Origin: a virus
DNA length: 61,431 nucleotides
IMG/VR virus record: IMGVR_UViG_3300045988_127488
Direction: 5' to 3' (one strand)
Below are positions 30,930-38,519 of the stretch, in pieces (position 1 is the first letter of the stretch; each line of letters opens with the position of its first letter). A model generated the notes under the pieces. The model saw only the letters and a program-made list of their open reading frames with translations. It did not search any database and was not told the origin of the DNA. The translations under genes were made by a program, and so were the position numbers.

Positions 30930-32396
30930 CTATTTTATGTCCCTGACTCGTTCAAAGTACTTCGTCTGGTCCTTGGTGATATTCTTCACCTTGATTTGTA
31001 TCGTACAGTTCTTAGGCACAGTATCATTTATGCTGGCCATGAGCTGTTCTATTATCTCATCTGTATTCTTGTAGCCCTTGCCATCCACATGAGCCACAAC
31101 CTCGCCCATGAAGTAGCCATCAGCAGATAACTCAAATGTTTCTTCCACCTTATCGAATACAGGCACATGATGTTCCTCCAGGCGTTTACTCTTGTCATTA
31201 GTGAAAAATATCTTCTCCACTACCTTCTCATTTAATTCCCATGCTCTAGAGAAATCAGGTTTCACATAGCCCATGGTAATCTTGTGGGTACTTATATGGT
31301 TCATAGCAAAGCCTATCTCTTCATAATTGGCACCAACATCATTTTGGGCTATTGTAGCCCAGGTATGGCGAAAAGTATAAGGTGTTATCTTCAAATCAAC
31401 ATCCTTCAAGGTGTTGATACAGAATTTCTTCAGGAACAGACACAAATTACCATCCATCGACCTGCTACATCCATAGCTTTTATGGAAATTAAACAGATAT
31501 GGGTCTTCTTTATCTGAAAGATACTTAGTCATCGTAGGTATGAGCATATCAGGTACTTTCATTTCTATATAGGCTTCATCAGCTCTAACCGTCCGTGTCT
31601 TTTGTCGCTTATAATGCAAAATACCATCATAATAATCAACCTTTTTCATTTCATACAGGTCAGCCACATTAATTCCAGCAAGACACAATACCATCTTGCA
31701 CACATCCACAGCCAAACATTCGGTCTTAGAAGAAGGAATTACTGAAAAAATCCTTCTGCAATCTTCCATCAAGATAGCACGCTTTTTGGGAATAGCATGC
31801 TTATGATACTCAACTTTAGTCCAAGGATTCACCTTTATCCTTACGATGTCGTTATCATAATCATTATATTTAGCCACACCTGCCTTGAACATTTTTTTTA
31901 GAAACTGAGGATAATAAGATTTCTTTGCCTTGGAATCCTTCATACTATCTATCCAGCCTTGCACAAGTTTGGTGTTCAATTCACTAAACATCACTTTCTT
32001 TGAACCACAATATTTTTCTATACTATTCAAGGTATTGTGATAATTTACGAGAGACTGAGGCTTCAATGTTTCAGACAATTCACCAATGTATTCTCTAGCG
32101 AAGTCAGAAAAACACACATCTGCATCATTTTGCTCCAGATAGTCCCTAACCTGTTCAGCACTCCAAGAACGGATGTCTAGCTTATTTAGCTTGAACATCC
32201 ATTCTTCAATAGTTTGGTTCAGCGAATTTAGCACAAAGGAATCCCTCACATCATGAGAACCTTTCACGATGCCCTTCTGCCCCACCATCTTGCTCGTCTT
32301 GATATAAAGCGATCTACGATTGTGAGTCATTCGGATATACACTTGGTAAAAGCCATCAGATCTCTGATGTTGAACAACAATTTTAAATGTAGCCAT
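30930..32396 (-). CDS. int: Tyrosine recombinase / phage integrase
   Basis: 488 aa. An N-terminal arm-binding-like beta region (MATFKIVVQHQRSDGFYQVYIRM) precedes a catalytic region with TPYTFRHTWATIA and NHISTHKITMGYVKP (R...H-x-x-R...H...Y pattern). Confidence 0.85.
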   Translation of the reverse strand: MATFKIVVQHQRSDGFYQVYIRMTHNRRSLYIKTSKMVGQKGIVKGSHDVRDSFVLNSLNQTIEEWMFKLNKLDIRSWSAEQVRDYLEQNDADVCFSDFAREYIGELSETLKPQSLVNYHNTLNSIEKYCGSKKVMFSELNTKLVQGWIDSMKDSKAKKSYYPQFLKKMFKAGVAKYNDYDNDIVRIKVNPWTKVEYHKHAIPKKRAILMEDCRRIFSVIPSSKTECLAVDVCKMVLCLAGINVADLYEMKKVDYYDGILHYKRQKTRTVRADEAYIEMKVPDMLIPTMTKYLSDKEDPYLFNFHKSYGCSRSMDGNLCLFLKKFCINTLKDVDLKITPYTFRHTWATIAQNDVGANYEEIGFAMNHISTHKITMGYVKPDFSRAWELNEKVVEKIFFTNDKSKRLEEHHVPVFDKVEETFELSADGYFMGEVVAHVDGKGYKNTDEIIEQLMASINDTVPKNCTIQIKVKNITKDQTKYFERVRDIK

Positions 32397-32719
32397 AGTA
32401 ATTTTATTTTCAAAGCAATTTCAAAACAAACGCTCTTGTTTGTCACGTTTAACGTGTCAAACGTTTCTAAAACACTATATTTGTGACTATCTAGGAACCA
32501 GGCATTTACGCCAATTCTCTAAATATCAAGCAATTACAAAAACATGCTCTCCAATTTCCAAACCAGATTCATATTGTATTGTATTTACAAACGTTTCAGC
32601 GTTTCTTTCGAAACAATTTATAAACTCTATAATAATTATATTTTACTTCTTAATTTTGTTTATACCAATTAAATACATTCTACTTGAACAAACTTTCTAT
32701 TCACTAATCCAAAGGATCA
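32397..32719. promoter_or_regulatory. AT-rich non-coding region next to int: candidate attP / int regulatory region
   Basis: About 320 nt without a credible ORF. It contains the palindrome cacgtttaacgtg (32444-32456), repeated AAACGTTTC boxes (about 32458-32467 and 32589-32597), and gtttc...gaaac (32592-32614). Confidence 0.4.
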
Positions 32720-33346
32720 TTATTCTTTTGATAAGTCAAAGATATAAATGTTTCCATTAACAGGAACCTTCAATATCAAGTTCTGAGCCTTTGGATTCTT
32801 CGCAACAACCATGCCATAACGCATTTGACCTGCATTAATAGTTACACGCTTGAAGTATCTGCTATTGATACTTGCCTCTGCTTGTGCCCTAGCCTCATCA
32901 TTAGCGTTAGTAACAACCTCTGCTTTAGTTTCGATGGTCGTAGTCTTACCATCAGCTCCTTTGACATTTGTCCTTACTGACTGCTCCTCTACATTATTTG
33001 GACCCCACAAAAGAATCCTTGTCTTTTCTTTCTTCACCCATTCATCACAAGTGTACACATCGCAAGTTTCTGACTTATTCTTGTTAATAGCCTCAACTTG
33101 TATTTTTGAAGGATCAAAGTTAAATCTATTCTGACTCTGGTTAATAATCGAAACATAAAACTCCTGATGTTTGGTTATCTTCCTATCATCCTTTTTAGAG
33201 ACAACTACTATTACACCATCATCACCATCAACCTGTATACCTTTATTTCCTGATTCATAGCCAACAGTATACTTCTCAAATGTTTTCTGTGCCATTGCCG
33301 GAACACTCAAAAGAAACATTGAAAGAGCAAATAAAATCTTCTTCAT
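32720..33346 (-). CDS. Secreted protein (signal peptide), lysogeny-island cargo
   Basis: MKKILFALSMFLLSVPAMA-QK is a classical signal peptide. The gene is AT-rich. Confidence 0.6.
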   Translation of the reverse strand: MKKILFALSMFLLSVPAMAQKTFEKYTVGYESGNKGIQVDGDDGVIVVVSKKDDRKITKHQEFYVSIINQSQNRFNFDPSKIQVEAINKNKSETCDVYTCDEWVKKEKTRILLWGPNNVEEQSVRTNVKGADGKTTTIETKAEVVTNANDEARAQAEASINSRYFKRVTINAGQMRYGMVVAKNPKAQNLILKVPVNGNIYIFDLSKE

Positions 33347-33393
33347 ATCTTAATTCATTTGAAATTTAACTATATATCATTTACCGCACCAGC

Positions 33394-34134
33394 CTATTTT
33401 AAAAGAGAAGCATCAAATACTTTCTTTGGAGGAAAGGATGTGCTAATAAAATAAACCTTACCTGTTTCATTGTCTAGAACATACCTATCCTGTAAAGTAT
33501 ATCTTATGTTACTATCCATGATAGTTTTATTATTCAACAAAAAGATGCAGCAACAATATATAAATACAGAAGCTACGATCATACTTAATACCATATAGTA
33601 ATATTTGAGCCAATTTTGCCCAGAATGTGTATCTATTTTATAAAGATGAAAAATTCTATTCATAACACTTTTAGAGTTCAATTTATTACCGAAGCACTCC
33701 CAATACCTACTAGTTATATGCATAACTGCAGTCATTTTCCGAAAATCGGGATTGAAGTGGGTAAAAATAGATATACTCAACAAAGGGTTCAAATATCCAT
33801 ATTTTATTGCATCATGATTCGATGAAGAATTGTTAATAACAAACAAATTGGAATCCAGCATCCCCATTAATACATTTACTGCATCCCATACATTTGCAGT
33901 TCTGTCTGTGCAACTTTCAATTGTTATATCAACACATTTATTATTGTCAAATTTATATAATATTGAAACATACAGATTAGCATTTATCTTGTAACTAGGG
34001 ATAATAATTTCAATCATATCAGTTTTGCCATCATATAAAGAAGCGATTTCCATTACGTGCTTAAAATCGTCACCTATTGTAATACCTAAAACTGTTACAT
34101 TGCCATTAGAATAGCAATTTATAAAATTCTTCAT
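33394..34134 (-). CDS. Hypothetical membrane-anchored protein, lysogeny-island cargo
   Basis: 246 aa with one strong TM helix (YYYMVLSMIVASVFIYCCCIFLL). It lies downstream of the XRE gene in the same orientation. Confidence 0.55.
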   Translation of the reverse strand: MKNFINCYSNGNVTVLGITIGDDFKHVMEIASLYDGKTDMIEIIIPSYKINANLYVSILYKFDNNKCVDITIESCTDRTANVWDAVNVLMGMLDSNLFVINNSSSNHDAIKYGYLNPLLSISIFTHFNPDFRKMTAVMHITSRYWECFGNKLNSKSVMNRIFHLYKIDTHSGQNWLKYYYMVLSMIVASVFIYCCCIFLLNNKTIMDSNIRYTLQDRYVLDNETGKVYFISTSFPPKKVFDASLLK

Positions 34135-34150
34135 TTCTTTCTCATTTTAA

Positions 34151-34480
34151 TTATCCTACATGTACCTGGCTTCTAGCCGAAAGACCCTGAATCTCCCTCA
34201 GCACCTTATTTTCCGCTCTTAGAGCTATTACTTCTCGTTCCAATTCATTCATATCTACTACACTTTTATTGGACAAAGAAGGCGCTTTCTGCTCTGAACA
34301 AAAAAAATCAGCGACATCTACACCAAGGACTTCAGCAAGGTTTTCAACTGTACTAACCTTCACATCAGCACCATTCAGAAGGTTATCCAACGTTGTTCGA
34401 CTAACCTTCATCCTAGAAGCAATATCAATTTTGCTAAGTTTATTGGACGTTATAATGTCCATTATTCTTTGCACATTCAT
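34151..34480 (-). CDS. XRE-family helix-turn-helix regulator (CI-like repressor candidate)
   Basis: LSKIDIASRMKVSRTTLDNLLNGADVKVSTVENLAEVLGV is a typical HTH_XRE. The gene is divergent from the + strand early operon. Confidence 0.75.
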   Translation of the reverse strand: MNVQRIMDIITSNKLSKIDIASRMKVSRTTLDNLLNGADVKVSTVENLAEVLGVDVADFFCSEQKAPSLSNKSVVDMNELEREVIALRAENKVLREIQGLSARSQVHVG

Positions 34481-34565
34481 ATTAAAATCCTTTAAATGTT
34501 CAACAAAGTGGGTTAATATATACTAATAATGCCCACCAAACTATACACCTTTTAAAAGTTTATTG

Positions 34566-34573
34566 TACTTTTG
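34566..34573 (+). promoter_or_regulatory. Bacteroidota-type -7 box (TACTTTTG), early rightward promoter candidate
   Basis: Lies in the divergent region between the XRE gene and gene 34626. Confidence 0.45.
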
Positions 34574-34625
34574 CACCATAAAGTTAGTAAATAAATACAT
34601 AAGTACCAAATAAATTTGAAGAAAA

Positions 34626-35069
34626 ATGAAGAATGAAGATAAATTAGTTTTCAATTCACCTAAAAGGTTATGGGTTCGAACATCTTCTTTGTTACATAAC
34701 TCAGGCTTAATGTCAATAGGAAATGTTTCATACAGAGAATATTGGATCGGACACAAAAATAAGGTTCCAAAACATTTTGCACCTTATTGTTTTGAAAAAG
34801 AAGAGGAATACGTCAGCCTCAGCCGATCTTGGCATAAAGCAAAGGAAGTTCCAGAAGATTTGCACACCTATATCATTGGTGTTTCCAAAAACTTCACTCA
34901 TCCGGTTCTTATTAACTTAGAAAAGAAATGCCTGCATAAGTTTTATGATGCTGTCAACATAAGCGATAAGATGAAGTGGAACGGAATCATCCGGAAAGAT
35001 TTTCGCTTCGCTTACTGGGCTTACATTAGGGACTTAGTTCCTACTATTGAGGAAGGAGGCACAAAATGA
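34626..35069 (+). CDS. Hypothetical protein
   Basis: 147-aa ATG ORF, the first gene of the rightward operon. Confidence 0.5.
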   Translation: MKNEDKLVFNSPKRLWVRTSSLLHNSGLMSIGNVSYREYWIGHKNKVPKHFAPYCFEKEEEYVSLSRSWHKAKEVPEDLHTYIIGVSKNFTHPVLINLEKKCLHKFYDAVNISDKMKWNGIIRKDFRFAYWAYIRDLVPTIEEGGTK

Positions 35070-35236
35070 AAAAGAATAAAGCTCTATTCCTCGATATTAT
35101 GCTCAATGACAGATTTGTATGCACACTGAAATACATGTATTGTCCATTGTTTGCAATTAAATACGAGGCGTTAATAAAGTTTATTCTCGATAAGAGACCG
35201 TCTTTGAAAGGCAAACCATTCAGAATAATGTTTTGA
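35066..35236 (+). CDS. Small hypothetical protein (56 aa)
   Basis: My own translation (MKKNKALFLDIMLNDRFVCTLKY...). It is ATGA-coupled to the previous gene and is preferred over the antisense track ORF 35044..35253. Confidence 0.35.
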   Translation: MKKNKALFLDIMLNDRFVCTLKYMYCPLFAIKYEALIKFILDKRPSLKGKPFRIMF

Positions 35237-35258
35237 AGCAACAAACGAAACAAAGCGT

Positions 35259-35840
35259 ATGAAAAAGATAATGTTCAATGACCTGTACGGTCTCACCGAA
35301 GCAGTTTTAGATGGCCGCAAGACTCAGACCAGAAGAATCGCTTATGAAAAGCCTTTCAAGTATAAACGTAGCTGCGGTTTTATCATGGAAGGTAAAGATA
35401 AAGGCAAACTCAGCATTAATGATGGAAATGAGATTGTGGCAAAGTCCACTTACAAAATAGGTGAAGTCGTAGCAGTCGCACAAAGATACTGCGACATTCC
35501 GTTTGCCAATGATATATTCATAAGGGCAGTTCCCATAGGATGGTCAAACAAGATGTTTGTGAAGTCGAGTTTGATGCCTCATCAAATCAAGATAACCAAC
35601 ATTCGAGTAGAACGATTACAGGACATCAGCACCGATGACTGCATGAAGGAAGGAATCTTCTGTAGCCACATTGATGGCATTGACGATGCTTATTCATACG
35701 ATGCTACAAATAATAGTTTTGTGAAGAAATGGTGGTACAGAACACCTATCGAAGCATACAAGATGCTTAGCTGCAAGCTCCACCTCCACTGGGACAGCAA
35801 TCCTCTCGTTTTCGTTTACGATTTCAAACTAATTAAATAA
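35259..35840 (+). CDS. ASCH-domain-like protein
   Basis: The N-terminal LTEAVLDGRKTQTRRI matches the ASCH signature (xxGxKTxExR-like). 193 aa. Confidence 0.5.
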   Translation: MKKIMFNDLYGLTEAVLDGRKTQTRRIAYEKPFKYKRSCGFIMEGKDKGKLSINDGNEIVAKSTYKIGEVVAVAQRYCDIPFANDIFIRAVPIGWSNKMFVKSSLMPHQIKITNIRVERLQDISTDDCMKEGIFCSHIDGIDDAYSYDATNNSFVKKWWYRTPIEAYKMLSCKLHLHWDSNPLVFVYDFKLIK

Positions 35841-35858
35841 TAATTAAATTCAAGCAAT

Positions 35859-36050
35859 ATGTCAGAAGAAAAAGTACCACTCAGACCTCAGATCAGAGAA
35901 CTGGAGTTGGGTAAATCAATCAGTTTCCCTATCCAGAGAATGAGAACGATCAAGACAACCTGCTCGGAATTAGGTGTAATTTACTGTCGTAAGTTCAGAA
36001 CCAAAATCAACCGGGAGAAAGAGATCATCACAGTTACAAGAACCAAATAA
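35859..36050 (+). CDS. Hypothetical protein
   Basis: 63-aa ATG ORF in operon register. Confidence 0.4.
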   Translation: MSEEKVPLRPQIRELELGKSISFPIQRMRTIKTTCSELGVIYCRKFRTKINREKEIITVTRTK

Positions 36051-36063
36051 AAACAATAGTCTC

Positions 36064-36357
36064 ATGAACGAAGTAGTACAAATCCAGTTTGCAGATAAGA
36101 TGCTATCCTTTGATACATTCCTGTCAGCCATACGCAACGTTGTGAAAGAAGAAGTCTGCAAGGCTGTGGGTAAACGTCCGTTCCTCACACAAGCCAAGGC
36201 ATACGACATCTACGGAAGAAAAAACGTTGAGCGATGGAAACGTGAAGGAAAGGTGAAGGATTTTGCTAGAGGCAGAAATGGCAAAATTACTCGCCACGAA
36301 TACAAAGTATCAGAGCTGGAAGCCTGTGCCTGCCAAGTTCAAGACTATCTGTCCTAA
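36064..36357 (+). CDS. Putative HTH DNA-binding protein (excisionase/MerR-like)
   Basis: LTQAKAYDIYGRKNVERWKREGKV resembles an Xis/HTH_17 recognition segment. Confidence 0.4.
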   Translation: MNEVVQIQFADKMLSFDTFLSAIRNVVKEEVCKAVGKRPFLTQAKAYDIYGRKNVERWKREGKVKDFARGRNGKITRHEYKVSELEACACQVQDYLS

Positions 36358-36377
36358 ATAAGATAAAAGATAAAGTT

Positions 36378-36596
36378 ATGAAAACAATTAAGATTATCTT
36401 CTGCATTGCCATCTGGATAGTCCTTGGATGGCTCTACCTCAGTAAACTCTCTCAGGGCTTTCATGATGAGAATCTCATTTTACAGATGCCTCAGAGTACC
36501 TATGATGAGATAGTAGATACTCTTACCACTCGTTATGGCTTTCAGCCTACCGAGCATCAGATAGTAACTTACTATTATGAGCGATTCCAGAAGTAA
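36378..36596 (+). CDS. Small membrane protein
   Basis: 72 aa with an N-terminal TM (IIFCIAIWIVLGWLYL). Confidence 0.45.
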   Translation: MKTIKIIFCIAIWIVLGWLYLSKLSQGFHDENLILQMPQSTYDEIVDTLTTRYGFQPTEHQIVTYYYERFQK

Positions 36597-36717
36597 GGGC
36601 ACCTATGCAGCTCGCAAGTGCCTCCTCTGCCATGATGGGCGTAACTGCATCAATGGCAAGTTTTGCCTTAAGCACAAAAGATACGTGGAGCATCAGGAGA
36701 AACTGCCATGTGAATAA
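36577..36717 (+). CDS. Small Cys-rich protein (46 aa), possible zinc-binding
   Basis: My own translation: MSDSRSKGTYAARKCLLCHDGRNCINGKFCLKHKRYVEHQEKLPCE. It is below the track cutoff and overlaps the previous gene by 20 nt. Confidence 0.3.
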   Translation: MSDSRSKGTYAARKCLLCHDGRNCINGKFCLKHKRYVEHQEKLPCE

Positions 36718-36761
36718 TTTTAGGTAAACAGAAATGTGGTTTTTATATAATTTCAATCATC

Positions 36762-37196
36762 ATGCAATCAGAAGAAGCAAAGTCAAAACAAAAAGAAAGG
36801 CAGCGAGAATACTATCTTAAGCATCGTGATAAAATGCTCGCCTATTCTCGCAAATACATCAAGGATCATCCCGAAAAGCAGAAGCTATATCGGGAAAATG
36901 CAGCCAAGAAACGAGCCAACGGCACTGGATATTATCAGAGATACTATCAGCGCAACAAAGAAAAATTGCTGGAAAAGTCTAAAAGCTGGAGACAGAATCA
37001 CCCCGAAAAGGTGAAGGAGTACCAGCGCAGATACTATCAGAAGAAAAGAGCAGCAGCAAAGAAAGAAAAGAAGATAATGCTGAATCCAGATATAGATAAG
37101 GCAAAATCCCTCTTCCGTGATCCTTCTAAGACAGTTCACCTACAGTGGCTCCTGGAACACAACAGAAACAAAAGTAAGCAATATGAATCACGCTAG
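36762..37196 (+). CDS. Highly basic repeat protein (YY-x-K/R ... HPEK repeats)
   Basis: Three units of the type REYYLKHRDKMLAYSRKYIKDHPEKQKLY / QRYYQRNKEKLLEKSKSWRQNHPEKVKEY / QRRYYQKK. Confidence 0.5.
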   Translation: MQSEEAKSKQKERQREYYLKHRDKMLAYSRKYIKDHPEKQKLYRENAAKKRANGTGYYQRYYQRNKEKLLEKSKSWRQNHPEKVKEYQRRYYQKKRAAAKKEKKIMLNPDIDKAKSLFRDPSKTVHLQWLLEHNRNKSKQYESR

Positions 37197-38475
37197 TTTA
37201 TTCAGCGGAATCGGTGGTGCTGAGGTCGCGGCATCCATGATGGGATGGCAGAACCTCTTCCATTGCGAGATACAAGAGTTCCCTCGCAAGGTACTCCAAT
37301 ACTGGTTCCCAAATTCAGAAAGTTATGAAGACATTACCAAAACAGACTTCACAAAGTGGCACGGCAAAGTCGATGTTCTCACAGGAGGATTCCCCTGCCA
37401 ACCTTTCTCCCTTGCTGGCAGAAGAAAGGGAGCGGACGATAACCGCTACCTCTGGCCACAGATGCTTCGAGCGATACGGCAGATACACCCCACTTGGGTC
37501 GTTGGTGAAAACGTTAATGGAATCAAAACGATGGTGGAGTCCTGCCAAGTCACTCATATGGGACGCACAGACTATCTTTTCGAAGAGAATCACCTATACC
37601 GAGAGGAAAGCCGATTCACCCTCGACAAAATCTGTGCAGACGTCGAAGCCGAAGGATATTCCGTCCAACCGATTGTTATTCCAGCTTGTGCCATCGGAGC
37701 ACCACACAGAAGAGACCGAGTTTGGATTGTTGCCCACCGTTCAGACCCAAGGGCTGAAACAGTGCAACAAGAAGGGCAAGACAGACCACAGCCTAGGTCT
37801 AGAAGACATGGCAGTGGCACAACTCCTTCCTACGCCCACGGCACTCGACAAAGGAGGAGGAAGAATAAACAAGAGCCTTTCACCGAATGCAGCAGAACGC
37901 CCAACCTTGGCACTCGCCGCTCGAAAAGGCTTGCTTCCCACTCCTTGCAGCATAGAAGCCACGAAGTTCACCAAGACCATCAATCCCAATTCCCAGATGG
38001 GGCAAGGACTAACAGCCTTGGCAGTCAATGGTCTTCTTCCCACTCCTACCGCAATGGAGGTAAAGCACTCCAAGCGAGTAAAGGGCTTGAAAGAACAGGG
38101 CGCAAAAGGGATGTACAGCCGAAAGAACGGAGCACTTCGCCCGAATGGACTGACCGACTTTCTCGACTTCAACGGCATGATGCCCACGCCATCAGCGAGA
38201 GACTGGAAGGGATGTACCAATCCTGGGGTGAAGAAAGTGAACGGAAATGTGTATGGCGAGACTTTGCCCGACACTGTGAAGAAGGTCACTGGAAGCACTT
38301 CCCAACTCAATCCCCTGTTTGTAGAGGAAATGATGGGATTCCCTTTGATGTGGACAGCCTTACCATTTCTTTCCCAAAGTGGCGACAAGAATCCATAAAG
38401 GCTTACGGCAATGCCTGGGTGCCACAAGTGGCTTACGAGATATTCCGTGCCATCGAGGCAGAAGAAAACAAATAA
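37183..38475 (+). CDS. C5-cytosine DNA methyltransferase (frame-1 ORF; the middle 200 aa look out of frame)
   Basis: Motif I LFSGIGG, IV GGFPCQPFS, VI VGENV and VIII GAPHRRDRVWIVA lie in the N-terminal part. Motif X YGNAWVPQV lies at the C-terminus. The region between is R/S/Q/H-rich low-complexity sequence. Confidence 0.7.
   Translation: MNHASLFSGIGGAEVAASMMGWQNLFHCEIQEFPRKVLQYWFPNSESYEDITKTDFTKWHGKVDVLTGGFPCQPFSLAGRRKGADDNRYLWPQMLRAIRQIHPTWVVGENVNGIKTMVESCQVTHMGRTDYLFEENHLYREESRFTLDKICADVEAEGYSVQPIVIPACAIGAPHRRDRVWIVAHRSDPRAETVQQEGQDRPQPRSRRHGSGTTPSYAHGTRQRRRKNKQEPFTECSRTPNLGTRRSKRLASHSLQHRSHEVHQDHQSQFPDGARTNSLGSQWSSSHSYRNGGKALQASKGLERTGRKRDVQPKERSTSPEWTDRLSRLQRHDAHAISERLEGMYQSWGEESERKCVWRDFARHCEEGHWKHFPTQSPVCRGNDGIPFDVDSLTISFPKWRQESIKAYGNAWVPQVAYEIFRAIEAEENK
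37325..38398 (+). other. Overlapping +1-frame ORF (357 aa) carrying the methyltransferase target-recognition-like repeats
   Basis: Five LLPTPxAxD-type repeats start at 37727, 37823, 37931, 38033 and 38177. A motif IX-like LNPLFVEEMMGFPLMWT lies at 38306..38356. All are in the frame shifted +1 relative to 37183..38475. Confidence 0.6.
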
Positions 38476-38519
38476 ATGATAGATTCGTAAATTCTACATT
38501 CCAAATAAAAGAAGAATAA

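Noticed and set aside
37741-38427. 228-aa minus-strand ORF antisense to the methyltransferase repeat region
   Set aside because: Its repeated AVGVGR strings are simply the reverse complement of the LLPTPTA repeats. No start context or motif supports it. It is noted only as part of the unusual multi-frame openness.
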